DNA of 64,000 nt from Halieaceae bacterium (lineage in GTDB: Bacteria; Pseudomonadota; Gammaproteobacteria; Pseudomonadales; Halieaceae), in NCBI GenBank assembly GCA_965229625.1, contig CBDDJJ010000001.1, forward strand, positions 1,546,417 to 1,610,416. The letters run 5' to 3'. Below the pieces are notes generated by a model. The model searched no databases. It saw nothing but the letters and a program-made list of their open reading frames with translations, and had not been told where the DNA came from. Shown one piece after another: positions 44,430-53,090 of the stretch. Position numbers and translations under genes: made by a program. Within the stretch, counting starts at the first letter, position 1, and every line of letters starts with the position of its first letter.

Positions 44430-46582
44430 ACAGCCTGCTGCAGGAGCTCAAGCGCCGCAACGTTTACAAGGTCGCCCTCGCCTACATCGTAGTGGGCTGG
44501 GTCGTGCTGCAGGTCGCAGAGTTCCTGTCACCGCTGCTGCAGTTGCCCGACTGGACCGTCTCACTGGCGCTGTACCTGGGCATCCTCGGCTTTCCCTTCG
44601 CACTGATCTTTGCCTGGGCATTCGAACTGACACCGGAAGGCCTGCGCCTGACCGACAAGGTCGCTCCAGAAGAATCGATTACTGCGGAGACCGGCAAGTC
44701 GCTCAACCGTACCATCATTGCCCTGATGGCAGTGGCCATCGTGCTGCTGCTGGGAGAACGCCTTTACACTGGCCTGCAGGGCGATATGCCAGCCGCGGAG
44801 CAGGAGTCCGCCAAAGGGGCGACAGAACAAGCCCAGGGCAGTTCCATCGCCGTGCTTCCGTTCGTAAACATGAGCAAGGACCCGGACCAGGAATACTTCT
44901 CCGACGGCATTTCCGAGGAGTTGCTAAACGGCCTGGCGAAAATCCGTGAGCTGCGGGTAGCTGCGCGCACCTCCTCTTTCGCCTTCAAGGGCCAGAACTC
45001 GGACATTACCGACATCGGTCGCCAACTCAACGTGGACACGGTGCTGGAGGGCTCGGTGCGCAAGTCCGGCAACCGGGTGCGCATTACCGCCCAGCTGATC
45101 AACGTCGAGGATGGTTACCACCTGTGGTCCGAAGTCTACGACCGCGAACTGACCGACATCTTTACCATCCAGGACGAAATATCCCGTGCCATCGTCGATG
45201 CCCTGATCGTACACCTGACGGATGAAGAACTGGCGGCGGTCACCCCCGGACAGACCTCACAGCCCACCAACGTGGAGGCCTACAACTTTTACCTGCTGGC
45301 CAAACACAATCTGCGCTTGCGCAACCAGACCGCTTTGCAGCTCGCCATCCGCCAGTTCGAGCAGGCGCTGGATCGCGACCCGGGCTACGCAGACGCCTAT
45401 GCCGGGCAGGCATTGGCTACCAATCTGCTGAGAGCAGCCCAGTACGGCCAGCTGTCCGCGGCAGTCGCCAACAGGAAGGCCCAGGCGCTTCTGGACAGGG
45501 CGCTGGCACTCGACCCGGACCTCGCCCTGGCGCATGCCGTGCAGGGCCTTGTCTACGCGGACCGACTGGACTATACGGCGGCGGAGCAGAGCCTGCGGCG
45601 GGCCATCGCTGCCAACCCCAGCGAAGGCATTTTCTACAGCTGGCTGAGCACGCTTGTTGAGGGCAAGGGGGACTTCAATGAAGCTGAGCGCATCCTCAAC
45701 CAGGCCTTCAGCATCGACCCATTGCACCCCGCCATCCGCAACAACCTCGCCAATGCCGAAATTGAGAAGGGCAATTACGACAAGGCGCGGGAAATGGTGA
45801 CACCTGGTACGTCCTCTGCCTACCTGATGGAAGCCTATATCAACGCAGACGAGGGCGCCTTTGCTTCAATGCGGGAAAACATGCTGGAAGCGGTCGCGCT
45901 GGCAGAGAAAGGCGGCATGTCGCGCGGCAGCATGATCGCTGCAGCTTTCAGCTTCTGGAACCTGGGCAGCATGGGCGACGAGGCCAAGCAGATGCCCCAG
46001 GAAGCGCAGCTGGCAATACGAGCCATCCTGGACGCGACGCATAGTCGTGACCACCTGGCGGAGATCGCGCCGGAAGACCGCGGCGACTGGTATCACTACA
46101 CACTGGCCTGGGTACAGCTTCAGGACGGCGAGGCTGCGCAGGCCCAGCACACCCTCGAGCAGGTATTTGACCCACAGAAGCCCATCTACCGAGACCTGGG
46201 GCAGGTATTCTCGTCAGCGGACTTCGCGACGCTCTATGCCTTCTCCCTGATGCAGCAGGGGCAGCGCGACGCCGCCGAGGATGTTGCAGGACGCGTACTG
46301 GAGCTCACCAAGCGGGCGAAGCAAAACGGCGCTGCACCAGGCGCGCTGAGTCGACTCGAGGCGGAAGCGCATGCCGTTCTGGGGGATGCCGACGCCGCTG
46401 TCGGCGCCCTGAAAAGCGGCTGGTCCTACTATCGCATCGGCTGGCTGGACATGGAGTCACCCATGCTACTTGCGCTGGGTGAGAACCAGGAAATCGCCGA
46501 GCTTCGCGAGGGCATCTACGCGCACTTGAATGCGGAGCGACAGAAGCTCGGCTGGGAACCGTTGCAGATTGCTGCCCGGTAA
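44426..46582 (+). CDS. Membrane-anchored TolB-N-like plus TPR repeat protein (paralog 2)
   Basis: ATG 44426 forms an ATGA overlap with the paralog 1 stop. MNSLLQELKRRNVYKVALAYIVVGWVVLQV... The first ~290 aa are closely similar to paralog 1, and the C-terminal TPR region has diverged. Confidence 0.7.
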   Translation: MNSLLQELKRRNVYKVALAYIVVGWVVLQVAEFLSPLLQLPDWTVSLALYLGILGFPFALIFAWAFELTPEGLRLTDKVAPEESITAETGKSLNRTIIALMAVAIVLLLGERLYTGLQGDMPAAEQESAKGATEQAQGSSIAVLPFVNMSKDPDQEYFSDGISEELLNGLAKIRELRVAARTSSFAFKGQNSDITDIGRQLNVDTVLEGSVRKSGNRVRITAQLINVEDGYHLWSEVYDRELTDIFTIQDEISRAIVDALIVHLTDEELAAVTPGQTSQPTNVEAYNFYLLAKHNLRLRNQTALQLAIRQFEQALDRDPGYADAYAGQALATNLLRAAQYGQLSAAVANRKAQALLDRALALDPDLALAHAVQGLVYADRLDYTAAEQSLRRAIAANPSEGIFYSWLSTLVEGKGDFNEAERILNQAFSIDPLHPAIRNNLANAEIEKGNYDKAREMVTPGTSSAYLMEAYINADEGAFASMRENMLEAVALAEKGGMSRGSMIAAAFSFWNLGSMGDEAKQMPQEAQLAIRAILDATHSRDHLAEIAPEDRGDWYHYTLAWVQLQDGEAAQAQHTLEQVFDPQKPIYRDLGQVFSSADFATLYAFSLMQQGQRDAAEDVAGRVLELTKRAKQNGAAPGALSRLEAEAHAVLGDADAAVGALKSGWSYYRIGWLDMESPMLLALGENQEIAELREGIYAHLNAERQKLGWEPLQIAAR

Positions 46583-46594
46583 ACGGGCCAGCCC

Positions 46595-47326
46595 TCAAAC
46601 CTTTTCAAATACCAGCACGAAGCGATCCGTCACGCCGCGGATCGACGGATCAAACACCAGCTTCGAGTGATCGTCTGCCGGGTTACGCAGCGCTTCACTG
46701 AAACCCACCAGTTTGAATCCCTGACTGCTGAGACGCTTGATCGCGTAGGCCTCGTCGATGCGGTGCAGGCTCTTGCAGGCCGCTGTGGCGGTGCCGGCGG
46801 GCGCCGAGTGATCGACAATCAGGAAGCGGCCGCCGGGCTTCAACGCAGCGCGAATCTGGCCGATAAAATCCACATCGTCAATTTGCGGCCAGCCGTTCTC
46901 GGCGTCGTCATAGAACAGGTCGTGGTAGGACATCACGATGAGAGCCGCATCCAGGCCCGTGCCGAGCTTGAGATCGTCGGCCTCACTGGTCAACAGGGTG
47001 ACGTTGCCAACGTCACGGCCGTCGAACCGGTCCCCCAGGGCCTTGCCGACAAACTGGACGTAGGCGTCATTGTTCTGGAGGATGACTTCGCCGCTATCCC
47101 CTACCACGCCGGCGAGCAGCTCGCTGTAGTAACCACTGCCACCGAACACGTCGGCCACCCGGTCTCCCTCTTGCAGGGCCAGCAAGGGGATCACCGCATC
47201 CGGGCGGCTGCGGGCATCTCGTTGAATATCTGCAGCCAGTCGACCGGGCTTGTTGATGGCATCCGCAACGCTGCCCGCCATCGCCGGAAGTGCCAGAAAG
47301 AACAGTAGTGCTATCAGGGCTCTCAT
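46595..47326 (-). CDS. Class I SAM-dependent methyltransferase with signal peptide
   Basis: 243 aa. MRALIALLFFLALPAMAGS, then motif I VADVFGGSGYYSELL. Confidence 0.75.
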   Translation of the reverse strand: MRALIALLFFLALPAMAGSVADAINKPGRLAADIQRDARSRPDAVIPLLALQEGDRVADVFGGSGYYSELLAGVVGDSGEVILQNNDAYVQFVGKALGDRFDGRDVGNVTLLTSEADDLKLGTGLDAALIVMSYHDLFYDDAENGWPQIDDVDFIGQIRAALKPGGRFLIVDHSAPAGTATAACKSLHRIDEAYAIKRLSSQGFKLVGFSEALRNPADDHSKLVFDPSIRGVTDRFVLVFEKV

Positions 47327-47422
47327 GACGCCTCTCCTTATTATTCAGTGCGTGTTATGTAAGCAAACTACTCCCAAGCATAGGGGAATGCGATCAACCG
47401 TGCTCGCGCCGCGTTCGGCCGC

Positions 47423-47971
47423 TTAAGCCGCCGCCAGGAACTGCTGCCGGGCCAGTGCCACCACCTGCTCAAATGCCGTGTCATCTTCCAGGGTTCGGGA
47501 CACGATCAGCGCGCCTTCCAGGCTGGAGAGCAGTGCCAGTGCATGGGCCCTGGCATTCGCGGCATCCCCCAGCAATCCGCCCAGCCACTCGAGGTTGCGG
47601 GTAAAGAAAGCCGCCACCTGCGGCACCACGTTTTCGGGCAGGCTTGCTTTCTCCGCACCCAGCATGCCGCACAGGCAGAGCTTGCGGTCCACCAGCAGGG
47701 AATGCCTGAACAGCGAGATATAGGCCTCCAACTGGTCCTCCACAGCCTCCTTACCGAGCAGGGACTCGTCCAGGGTGGCAAAGAAGTGATCGACGTAGCG
47801 CGCCGCCACCGCCTCGGCCAGGTCGGCCTTGGTGGCAAAGTGATAGTGGACGCTGGCGCTTTTTATGCCCAGCTCCGTGGCAATGCTACGAAAGCTGAAG
47901 GACTGGTAGCCCTCGGTGCGGATCCTGTCCTCCGCGGATTGCATAATTTTCTGGCGTGTATCTACGGACAT
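47423..47971 (-). CDS. TetR/AcrR family transcriptional regulator
   Basis: 182 aa. HTH YQSFSFRSIATELGIKSASVHYHFATK. Confidence 0.85.
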   Translation of the reverse strand: MSVDTRQKIMQSAEDRIRTEGYQSFSFRSIATELGIKSASVHYHFATKADLAEAVAARYVDHFFATLDESLLGKEAVEDQLEAYISLFRHSLLVDRKLCLCGMLGAEKASLPENVVPQVAAFFTRNLEWLGGLLGDAANARAHALALLSSLEGALIVSRTLEDDTAFEQVVALARQQFLAAA

Positions 47972-48074
47972 CAGCTTTTACCTATCTACTAGTCGGTCAG
48001 TTTGGCACAGCCGGCCGGGTAGCACCAATCGAATAAACCGATTCAAATTTCCTCGCAATCATTACTAATTTGGC

Positions 48075-48103
48075 TTGACGTCCAATCAACAGGCTTCTAT
48101 ATT
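48075..48103 (+). promoter_or_regulatory. Sigma-70-type promoter for the GST-cupin genes
   Basis: TTGACG (48075-48080), an exact 17-nt spacer, then TATATT (48098-48103). Confidence 0.55.
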
Positions 48104-48105
48104 GC

Positions 48106-48123
48106 CTACCTATCGATAGGTAG
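48106..48123. promoter_or_regulatory. Perfect 18-bp palindrome, probable operator of the divergent TetR
   Basis: CTACCTATC|GATAGGTAG starts 3 nt after the -10 hexamer and so covers the expected transcription start. Confidence 0.6.
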
Positions 48124-48193
48124 ACGAATGCTTCAATTCGCCCAAGCGACGCAGACAGGATTTGCACGCCACTCACACTCGAAGGAGAAACCC

Positions 48194-48829
48194 ATGAAAA
48201 TTTACGACGTAGCCGACTTCCCCAACCCCGCCCGCGTGCGCATTGCGCTGGCAGAAAAGAACGCCACCGACCAGGTCACCTTTGTGCCGGTGGACGTAAT
48301 GGGCGGCGAGCACCGCACCGAGGCGTTCCGGGCCAAAAACCCCGCCGCCGGTGTTCCGGTACTGGAATTGGAAGATGGCACCTGCATCGCCGAGAGCACT
48401 GCCATTACCGAGTACATCGACAACCACTTCCAGGGCGCTCCCCTCACCGGATCCGGTGCCCGTGAACGCGCCCTGGTACACATGATGCAGCGCCGCGCGG
48501 AAGCCATGGTCATCGACGCCGTCGGCAGCTACTTCCACCACGCCACCGACGGCCTGGGTCCGGAGCTCGAGACCTACCAGAACCAGGAATGGGGTCAAAA
48601 ACAGCGTGATACCGCGATTGCCGGTTTCCGCTATTTCGACGAGGTGCTGGGCAGCAACACCTTCGTCGCCGGAGAAAACTTCAGCATGGCCGATATCACC
48701 CTGTTCTGCGGCCTCGCCTTTGCCGACTTTGCCGGCATCGAGATTCCTGCAGAGCTGGCAAACCTGGCCGCCTGGCGTGAAAAGATGGCTGCCCGGCCGA
48801 GCATCGCCGGCGAGCGCACTGCCGCCTAA
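48194..48829 (+). CDS. Glutathione S-transferase family protein
   Basis: ATG follows GAAGGAGA. MKIYDVADFPNPARVRIALAEK...GVPVLELEDGTCIAESTAITEYI is a GST N-domain. Confidence 0.85.
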   Translation: MKIYDVADFPNPARVRIALAEKNATDQVTFVPVDVMGGEHRTEAFRAKNPAAGVPVLELEDGTCIAESTAITEYIDNHFQGAPLTGSGARERALVHMMQRRAEAMVIDAVGSYFHHATDGLGPELETYQNQEWGQKQRDTAIAGFRYFDEVLGSNTFVAGENFSMADITLFCGLAFADFAGIEIPAELANLAAWREKMAARPSIAGERTAA

Positions 48830-48857
48830 ACTACGCCTGTGAATAGAGGAGCAGACA

Positions 48858-49550
48858 ATGAAGATCAACGCTGAATTCGACCAGCGGGTGGTGGTGCACA
48901 GTACCGAGCTGGAGTGGCTCGAATCGCCCATGGCAGGTGTCGAGCGGCGGCCCCTGGACCGCGTCGGCGGGGAGGTGGCCCGTGCGACCAGCATTGTCCG
49001 CTACGCACCCGGCAGCCACTTCTCGCCCCACGTTCACACTGGCGGTGAAGAGTTCGTGGTGCTGGAAGGCGTGTTCCAGGATGAACATGGCGACTTCCCT
49101 GTGGGCTCCTACATTCGCAATCCGCCGCAGTCCAGCCACACCCCGGGCTCGGAGCCCGGCTGCGTCATCTTCGTCAAGCTCTGGCAGTTTGACCCGCAAG
49201 ACCGCACCCACGTGCGCCTGCGCACCGATCACATGCCGGCGGTGCCCCAGCGCGACCTGCCGGGTGTGTCAGTTACCCCGCTATACCAGGACACACTGGA
49301 GACCGTGTCCATTCAGGATTGGGAAGCGGGCGCAAGTCTGGACCTGGAGGTACCGGGCGGCGCCGAGTTGCTGGTCTTGAGCGGCTCGCTCACCGAGCAG
49401 GGCGACGAGCTCAGGCAGTTCAGCTGGCTGCGGGTTCCGACAGGCGGCCGCATCCTGGCCCGAGCCGGTAGCGAAGGTGCCAGGGTGTGGCTCAAGACCG
49501 GCCACCTGGCCGACGTGGAGACGCAAGTGGAGCGTGTCAGCGAAGCCTGA
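48858..49550 (+). CDS. ChrR-like cupin domain protein
   Basis: 230 aa, SD GAGGAG. ...YAPGSHFSPHVHTGGEEFVVLEGVFQDEHGDFPVGSYIRNPP.SSH.P fits the ChrR cupin (cupin_7) pattern. Confidence 0.7.
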   Translation: MKINAEFDQRVVVHSTELEWLESPMAGVERRPLDRVGGEVARATSIVRYAPGSHFSPHVHTGGEEFVVLEGVFQDEHGDFPVGSYIRNPPQSSHTPGSEPGCVIFVKLWQFDPQDRTHVRLRTDHMPAVPQRDLPGVSVTPLYQDTLETVSIQDWEAGASLDLEVPGGAELLVLSGSLTEQGDELRQFSWLRVPTGGRILARAGSEGARVWLKTGHLADVETQVERVSEA

Positions 49551-49594
49551 ACTCACTGTCCGCCCCTCCGCAGGCGGTCAGGCATGTCCTGTTT

Positions 49595-49622
49595 GCCACA
49601 GCCGTTGCCAAGCGGCTGTGGC
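49595..49622. other. Perfect 10-bp stem hairpin in the cupin / enoyl-CoA hydratase intergenic region
   Basis: GCCACAGCCG-ttgccaag-CGGCTGTGGC. No U-tract follows, so it could be a terminator, attenuator or REP-like element. Confidence 0.35.
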
Positions 49623-49659
49623 CTCTCCAGAATAGCGACTCGCTTTCACTACCCTGGAG

Positions 49660-50505
49660 TTGCCCGTGCAGACCACCGATTTTTCCGATATCAGCTATGA
49701 ACTGGATGGCGACGGCATCGTCACCGTCATGATGAACACGCCGAAGCGGAAAAACGCCATCAGCGGCCTCACGGCGCTGGAACTGAAGTGGGCCGCGAAG
49801 CACTTCAAGCAGGATGACAACGCCCTGGCCATGATCATCACCGGTGCTCCGGACCCGGACAGCGGCCCGGACCGGCAGGCCTTCTCCAGCGGCGGCTACT
49901 TCGTGCCCGGCGTCTACGATGACGTACCCGAGGAGATCATGGCGCAGATCGACCAGACCGATATCGCCATGAAGGGCACCGTGCTGGAGTTCTTCGGCTG
50001 CGACAAGCCAGTGATCGCGGCGGTCAACGGCCTCGCGATCGGCGGCGGCATTACCCTGCCGCTGGCGGTGGCCGACCAGGTCTTTATCTCGGAGCACGCC
50101 TGGGCGCGACTGCCCTTTGCCAGCCTCGGTATTGCGGCCGAACTGGGTTCCACCCACATGCTGCCGCGACTGTTGGGCCTGCAGAAAGCCAAGGAACTGT
50201 TCTTCTACCCGGACAAGCTGGACGCCCAGACCCTGCTGGAGTTGGGGCTGGCCAACAAGGTATTACCTCACAACGAATTGCTGGCCTACACCCGCGAGCA
50301 GACCCTGAAGCTGATCCCGCCGCGCGGCGCCGGCGCTTCCATTCGCGCCATGAAGCGCATCGTGCACGCCCAGAAAGTGGACGACCTGACCCGTGCCCTG
50401 GACCTCGAGAACGAAGCGCTCAATGAACTGATGAAATCCGAGGATTTCGTCGAGGGCCTGATGGCCCGCGTCGAGAAGCGCGACCCCGTCTTCAAGGGCT
50501 GCTAA
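49660..50505 (+). CDS. Enoyl-CoA hydratase/isomerase (crotonase) family protein
   Basis: 281 aa with a GTG start. ...KPVIAAVNGLAIGGGITLPLAVAD... is the oxyanion-hole region. Confidence 0.85.
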   Translation: MPVQTTDFSDISYELDGDGIVTVMMNTPKRKNAISGLTALELKWAAKHFKQDDNALAMIITGAPDPDSGPDRQAFSSGGYFVPGVYDDVPEEIMAQIDQTDIAMKGTVLEFFGCDKPVIAAVNGLAIGGGITLPLAVADQVFISEHAWARLPFASLGIAAELGSTHMLPRLLGLQKAKELFFYPDKLDAQTLLELGLANKVLPHNELLAYTREQTLKLIPPRGAGASIRAMKRIVHAQKVDDLTRALDLENEALNELMKSEDFVEGLMARVEKRDPVFKGC

Positions 50506-51749
50506 TCCGGCGCTACTGCGATGGGTGGCCCACGCATGGGCAGATGGCCACCGAAGCGCGAGTAGTAGTGCTTGATCCAGAAGGGTGACGCCAGGGTGGT
50601 GTAGACAATCACCAGCACCACACCAGCGTAGACCGCGGGGTCGAAGACCCCGGTCACCCGTCCCAGTTCCGCGAAGATCAGCCCGACCTCACCGCGCGGC
50701 ACCATGGCCATGCCAATGGCGATGCGCATCGGCACTGACTCCCTGATCAGCCAGGGCCCAGCCAGCTTGCCGACGATGGCCAGGGCCGTCATCAGCAGCG
50801 AGAACACCCAGATAAACGGGCTGGTCCAGTCGATGGCGCGCAGATCCATGGACAGGCCCACCATCACGAAGAAGATGGGCGTGAACAGGTGGATGATGGG
50901 CTGCATTTCCACCTGGATCTTGCGGGAAAACTCGGCGTCCACCTTGAGCGCGGCACCGAAGGGCAGGAAGAAACGCCGCGACAGGGCAATGCCCGCCACA
51001 AAACCGCCCAGCAGGTGCGGCGCCCCCAGGTTCTGGGCGAAGGCCGCAAACAGCAGCACCATGGAAACCAGCACAATGGGAATAATGCCCGGCAGGCGCG
51101 AGGCGTCGTGGTAGCGCTGTATCAGCGGCGACAGGGCCTTGGCCAGCACCGGCGCCACAAGGAAGAACAACCCGACAAACAGCACGATGTTACCTGTGTT
51201 CACCAGGCTGACGCTGCCGCTCACTGAAAACTCGTAGAGCACGGCCAGCAGGAAGACGCCCAGCAGGTCATCGATCACTGCGGCGCCCAGCACAATCTGC
51301 CCCTCGTACTCCTTGTGCCGCCCCAGGTCGGACAGCACGCGAATGGTAATGCCGATACTGGTGGCCGTGAGGGTGCCGCCAATAAACAGCGAGACCATGA
51401 TCGACAGATCAAAGATATAGAGCGATGCCGCGGTGCCAAGGAAGAACGGCAGCACGAACCCGGCCATGGCCACCACCACGGCGCGCGGCCCGGCCTGTTT
51501 CAGCCGCTCCATATCCGTATCGAGGCCGACCTCGAACAGCAGCAGGATGATGCCGATCTCGGCCAGGAACTTGAGCACTTCGTTGGGCGACACCCAGCCC
51601 AGCAGGCTCGGGCCCAGCACGATGCCGGCCGCCAGTTCACCGATTAGCGGCGGTGCGCCAAGCTTCTGCGCAGCCTCCGCGAACACCCTGGAGGCCAGCA
51701 ATACCACGGCAATCTGTATTAACAGCAGGTGCGTGTCATGGGCTTCCAT
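50502..51749 (-). CDS. Cation:proton antiporter (CPA2/Kef-type Na+/H+ exchanger family)
   Basis: 415 aa. LLIQIAVVLLASRVFAEAAQKLGAPPLIGELAAGIVLGPS is the classic N-terminus, with about 12 TM segments. Confidence 0.85.
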   Translation of the reverse strand: MEAHDTHLLLIQIAVVLLASRVFAEAAQKLGAPPLIGELAAGIVLGPSLLGWVSPNEVLKFLAEIGIILLLFEVGLDTDMERLKQAGPRAVVVAMAGFVLPFFLGTAASLYIFDLSIMVSLFIGGTLTATSIGITIRVLSDLGRHKEYEGQIVLGAAVIDDLLGVFLLAVLYEFSVSGSVSLVNTGNIVLFVGLFFLVAPVLAKALSPLIQRYHDASRLPGIIPIVLVSMVLLFAAFAQNLGAPHLLGGFVAGIALSRRFFLPFGAALKVDAEFSRKIQVEMQPIIHLFTPIFFVMVGLSMDLRAIDWTSPFIWVFSLLMTALAIVGKLAGPWLIRESVPMRIAIGMAMVPRGEVGLIFAELGRVTGVFDPAVYAGVVLVIVYTTLASPFWIKHYYSRFGGHLPMRGPPIAVAPD

Positions 51750-51829
51750 GGACAGGCTCCGCGGCCAGTAACAGGCTCGAGTATAGGACGCCGCGGCGGC
51801 CCAACACCCTGTTCAGATCAAGGTAAGGC

Positions 51830-53086
51830 CTAGTAGCGCACCATGCGGTAGTAGATCATCAACAGCCCGGCGGTAAGCAGCGCTATGGCGGTGATGATCC
51901 AGGTGCCTTCCCCGTCACCGATCAGCGGCGACATCAGCGCCGGACCCAGGCCGCCGCCGATCAGGGCAGACATACCGTTGTAGAAACCCATGGCGGGGGC
52001 GAACTGATCCATGGGCAGGATGCGTTGCACCAGCGCAAACTCGCTGGCCGTAAAGGCGGAGAACAGAAACACTGCGGCAGTCATACAAACAATCACCAGC
52101 GGCAGGCTTTCGGTGTTGAGGGCGATGTAAATCGCCACACCCGCCGCCGCAAATCCGCAGGCTGCCAGCAGCGCGCGAATATTGTAGCGATCACCCAGCG
52201 TCGACCACAGCGCTACACCAACCAGGGAGAAGGCGTAGGGCGCGGCCACCAAAAAAGTAATCTCCTCATAGGGAATACCGCGCCGGTTGGTGAAGTAGGT
52301 GGGCAGCCAGCTGGTGAGACCCAGGGACATCAGGTTGTTACAGATGCCGATCAGGAAGAACAACAGGAAGCGCGGCGTGGTAAACAGGCTGCGCAGCAGC
52401 TGGCCGCTCACCTCCTCCTCCGCCTCGCGCTCGCGGCCGTCGGCCACCAGGCGAGCCTCCTCCGCGGATACACTCGGATGTTGCTGCGGGGAGTCATGCA
52501 CAAAGCGGTAGACCAGTGGCAGGCTCACCAGGACGCCGGCCGCCGCCAGCAGCAGGAATCCGGCGCGCCAGCCGAACTGGCCCATCAGGGGCACCAGCAG
52601 CATGGGGGCCAGCAGCACCGCCAGGAAGATACCGGCGACGATGATACTGTTGGCACGCGCCCTTTCCTCGAGGGGAAACCAGGTCTTGGTGGCCGTGGTC
52701 ATCATCGGCACGTGCACGCCTTCACTCAGACCCAGCAGCACGCGGCTGGCCAGTAGTAGCATCATCCACTGGCTGACCCAGGCACCCATGGCGGTAAATA
52801 CCGACCACAGGCAAACGATGGTCATCAGACTGCGGCGCGGGCCAAAGCGCGCAGCGATCGGCGACAGCAGGATATTGGCAAGTCCGTAGGCGCCGTAGAA
52901 CAAACCCATCAGCAGGGAACCGTAGCGCTGGGTATCCGCCTCGTCCCAGTTATACTCGGCAGCCATCAGCGGCAGCGCGAAGGTGATGTTGATGCGGTCC
53001 AGGAAGCCCACAAAAAACGTCACCATCAGCACCAGCGCCAACTGCCAGCGCCGCTGGCTGAGAAAGTCCACCATGGCGGTTTGCAC
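51830..53086 (-). CDS. MFS transporter
   Basis: 418 aa, about 12 TM segments. The GFLDRINI and ...FGPRRS... loop motifs fit an anion:cation symporter-like MFS. Confidence 0.85.
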   Translation of the reverse strand: MQTAMVDFLSQRRWQLALVLMVTFFVGFLDRINITFALPLMAAEYNWDEADTQRYGSLLMGLFYGAYGLANILLSPIAARFGPRRSLMTIVCLWSVFTAMGAWVSQWMMLLLASRVLLGLSEGVHVPMMTTATKTWFPLEERARANSIIVAGIFLAVLLAPMLLVPLMGQFGWRAGFLLLAAAGVLVSLPLVYRFVHDSPQQHPSVSAEEARLVADGREREAEEEVSGQLLRSLFTTPRFLLFFLIGICNNLMSLGLTSWLPTYFTNRRGIPYEEITFLVAAPYAFSLVGVALWSTLGDRYNIRALLAACGFAAAGVAIYIALNTESLPLVIVCMTAAVFLFSAFTASEFALVQRILPMDQFAPAMGFYNGMSALIGGGLGPALMSPLIGDGEGTWIITAIALLTAGLLMIYYRMVRY

Positions 53087-53090
53087 GCCG

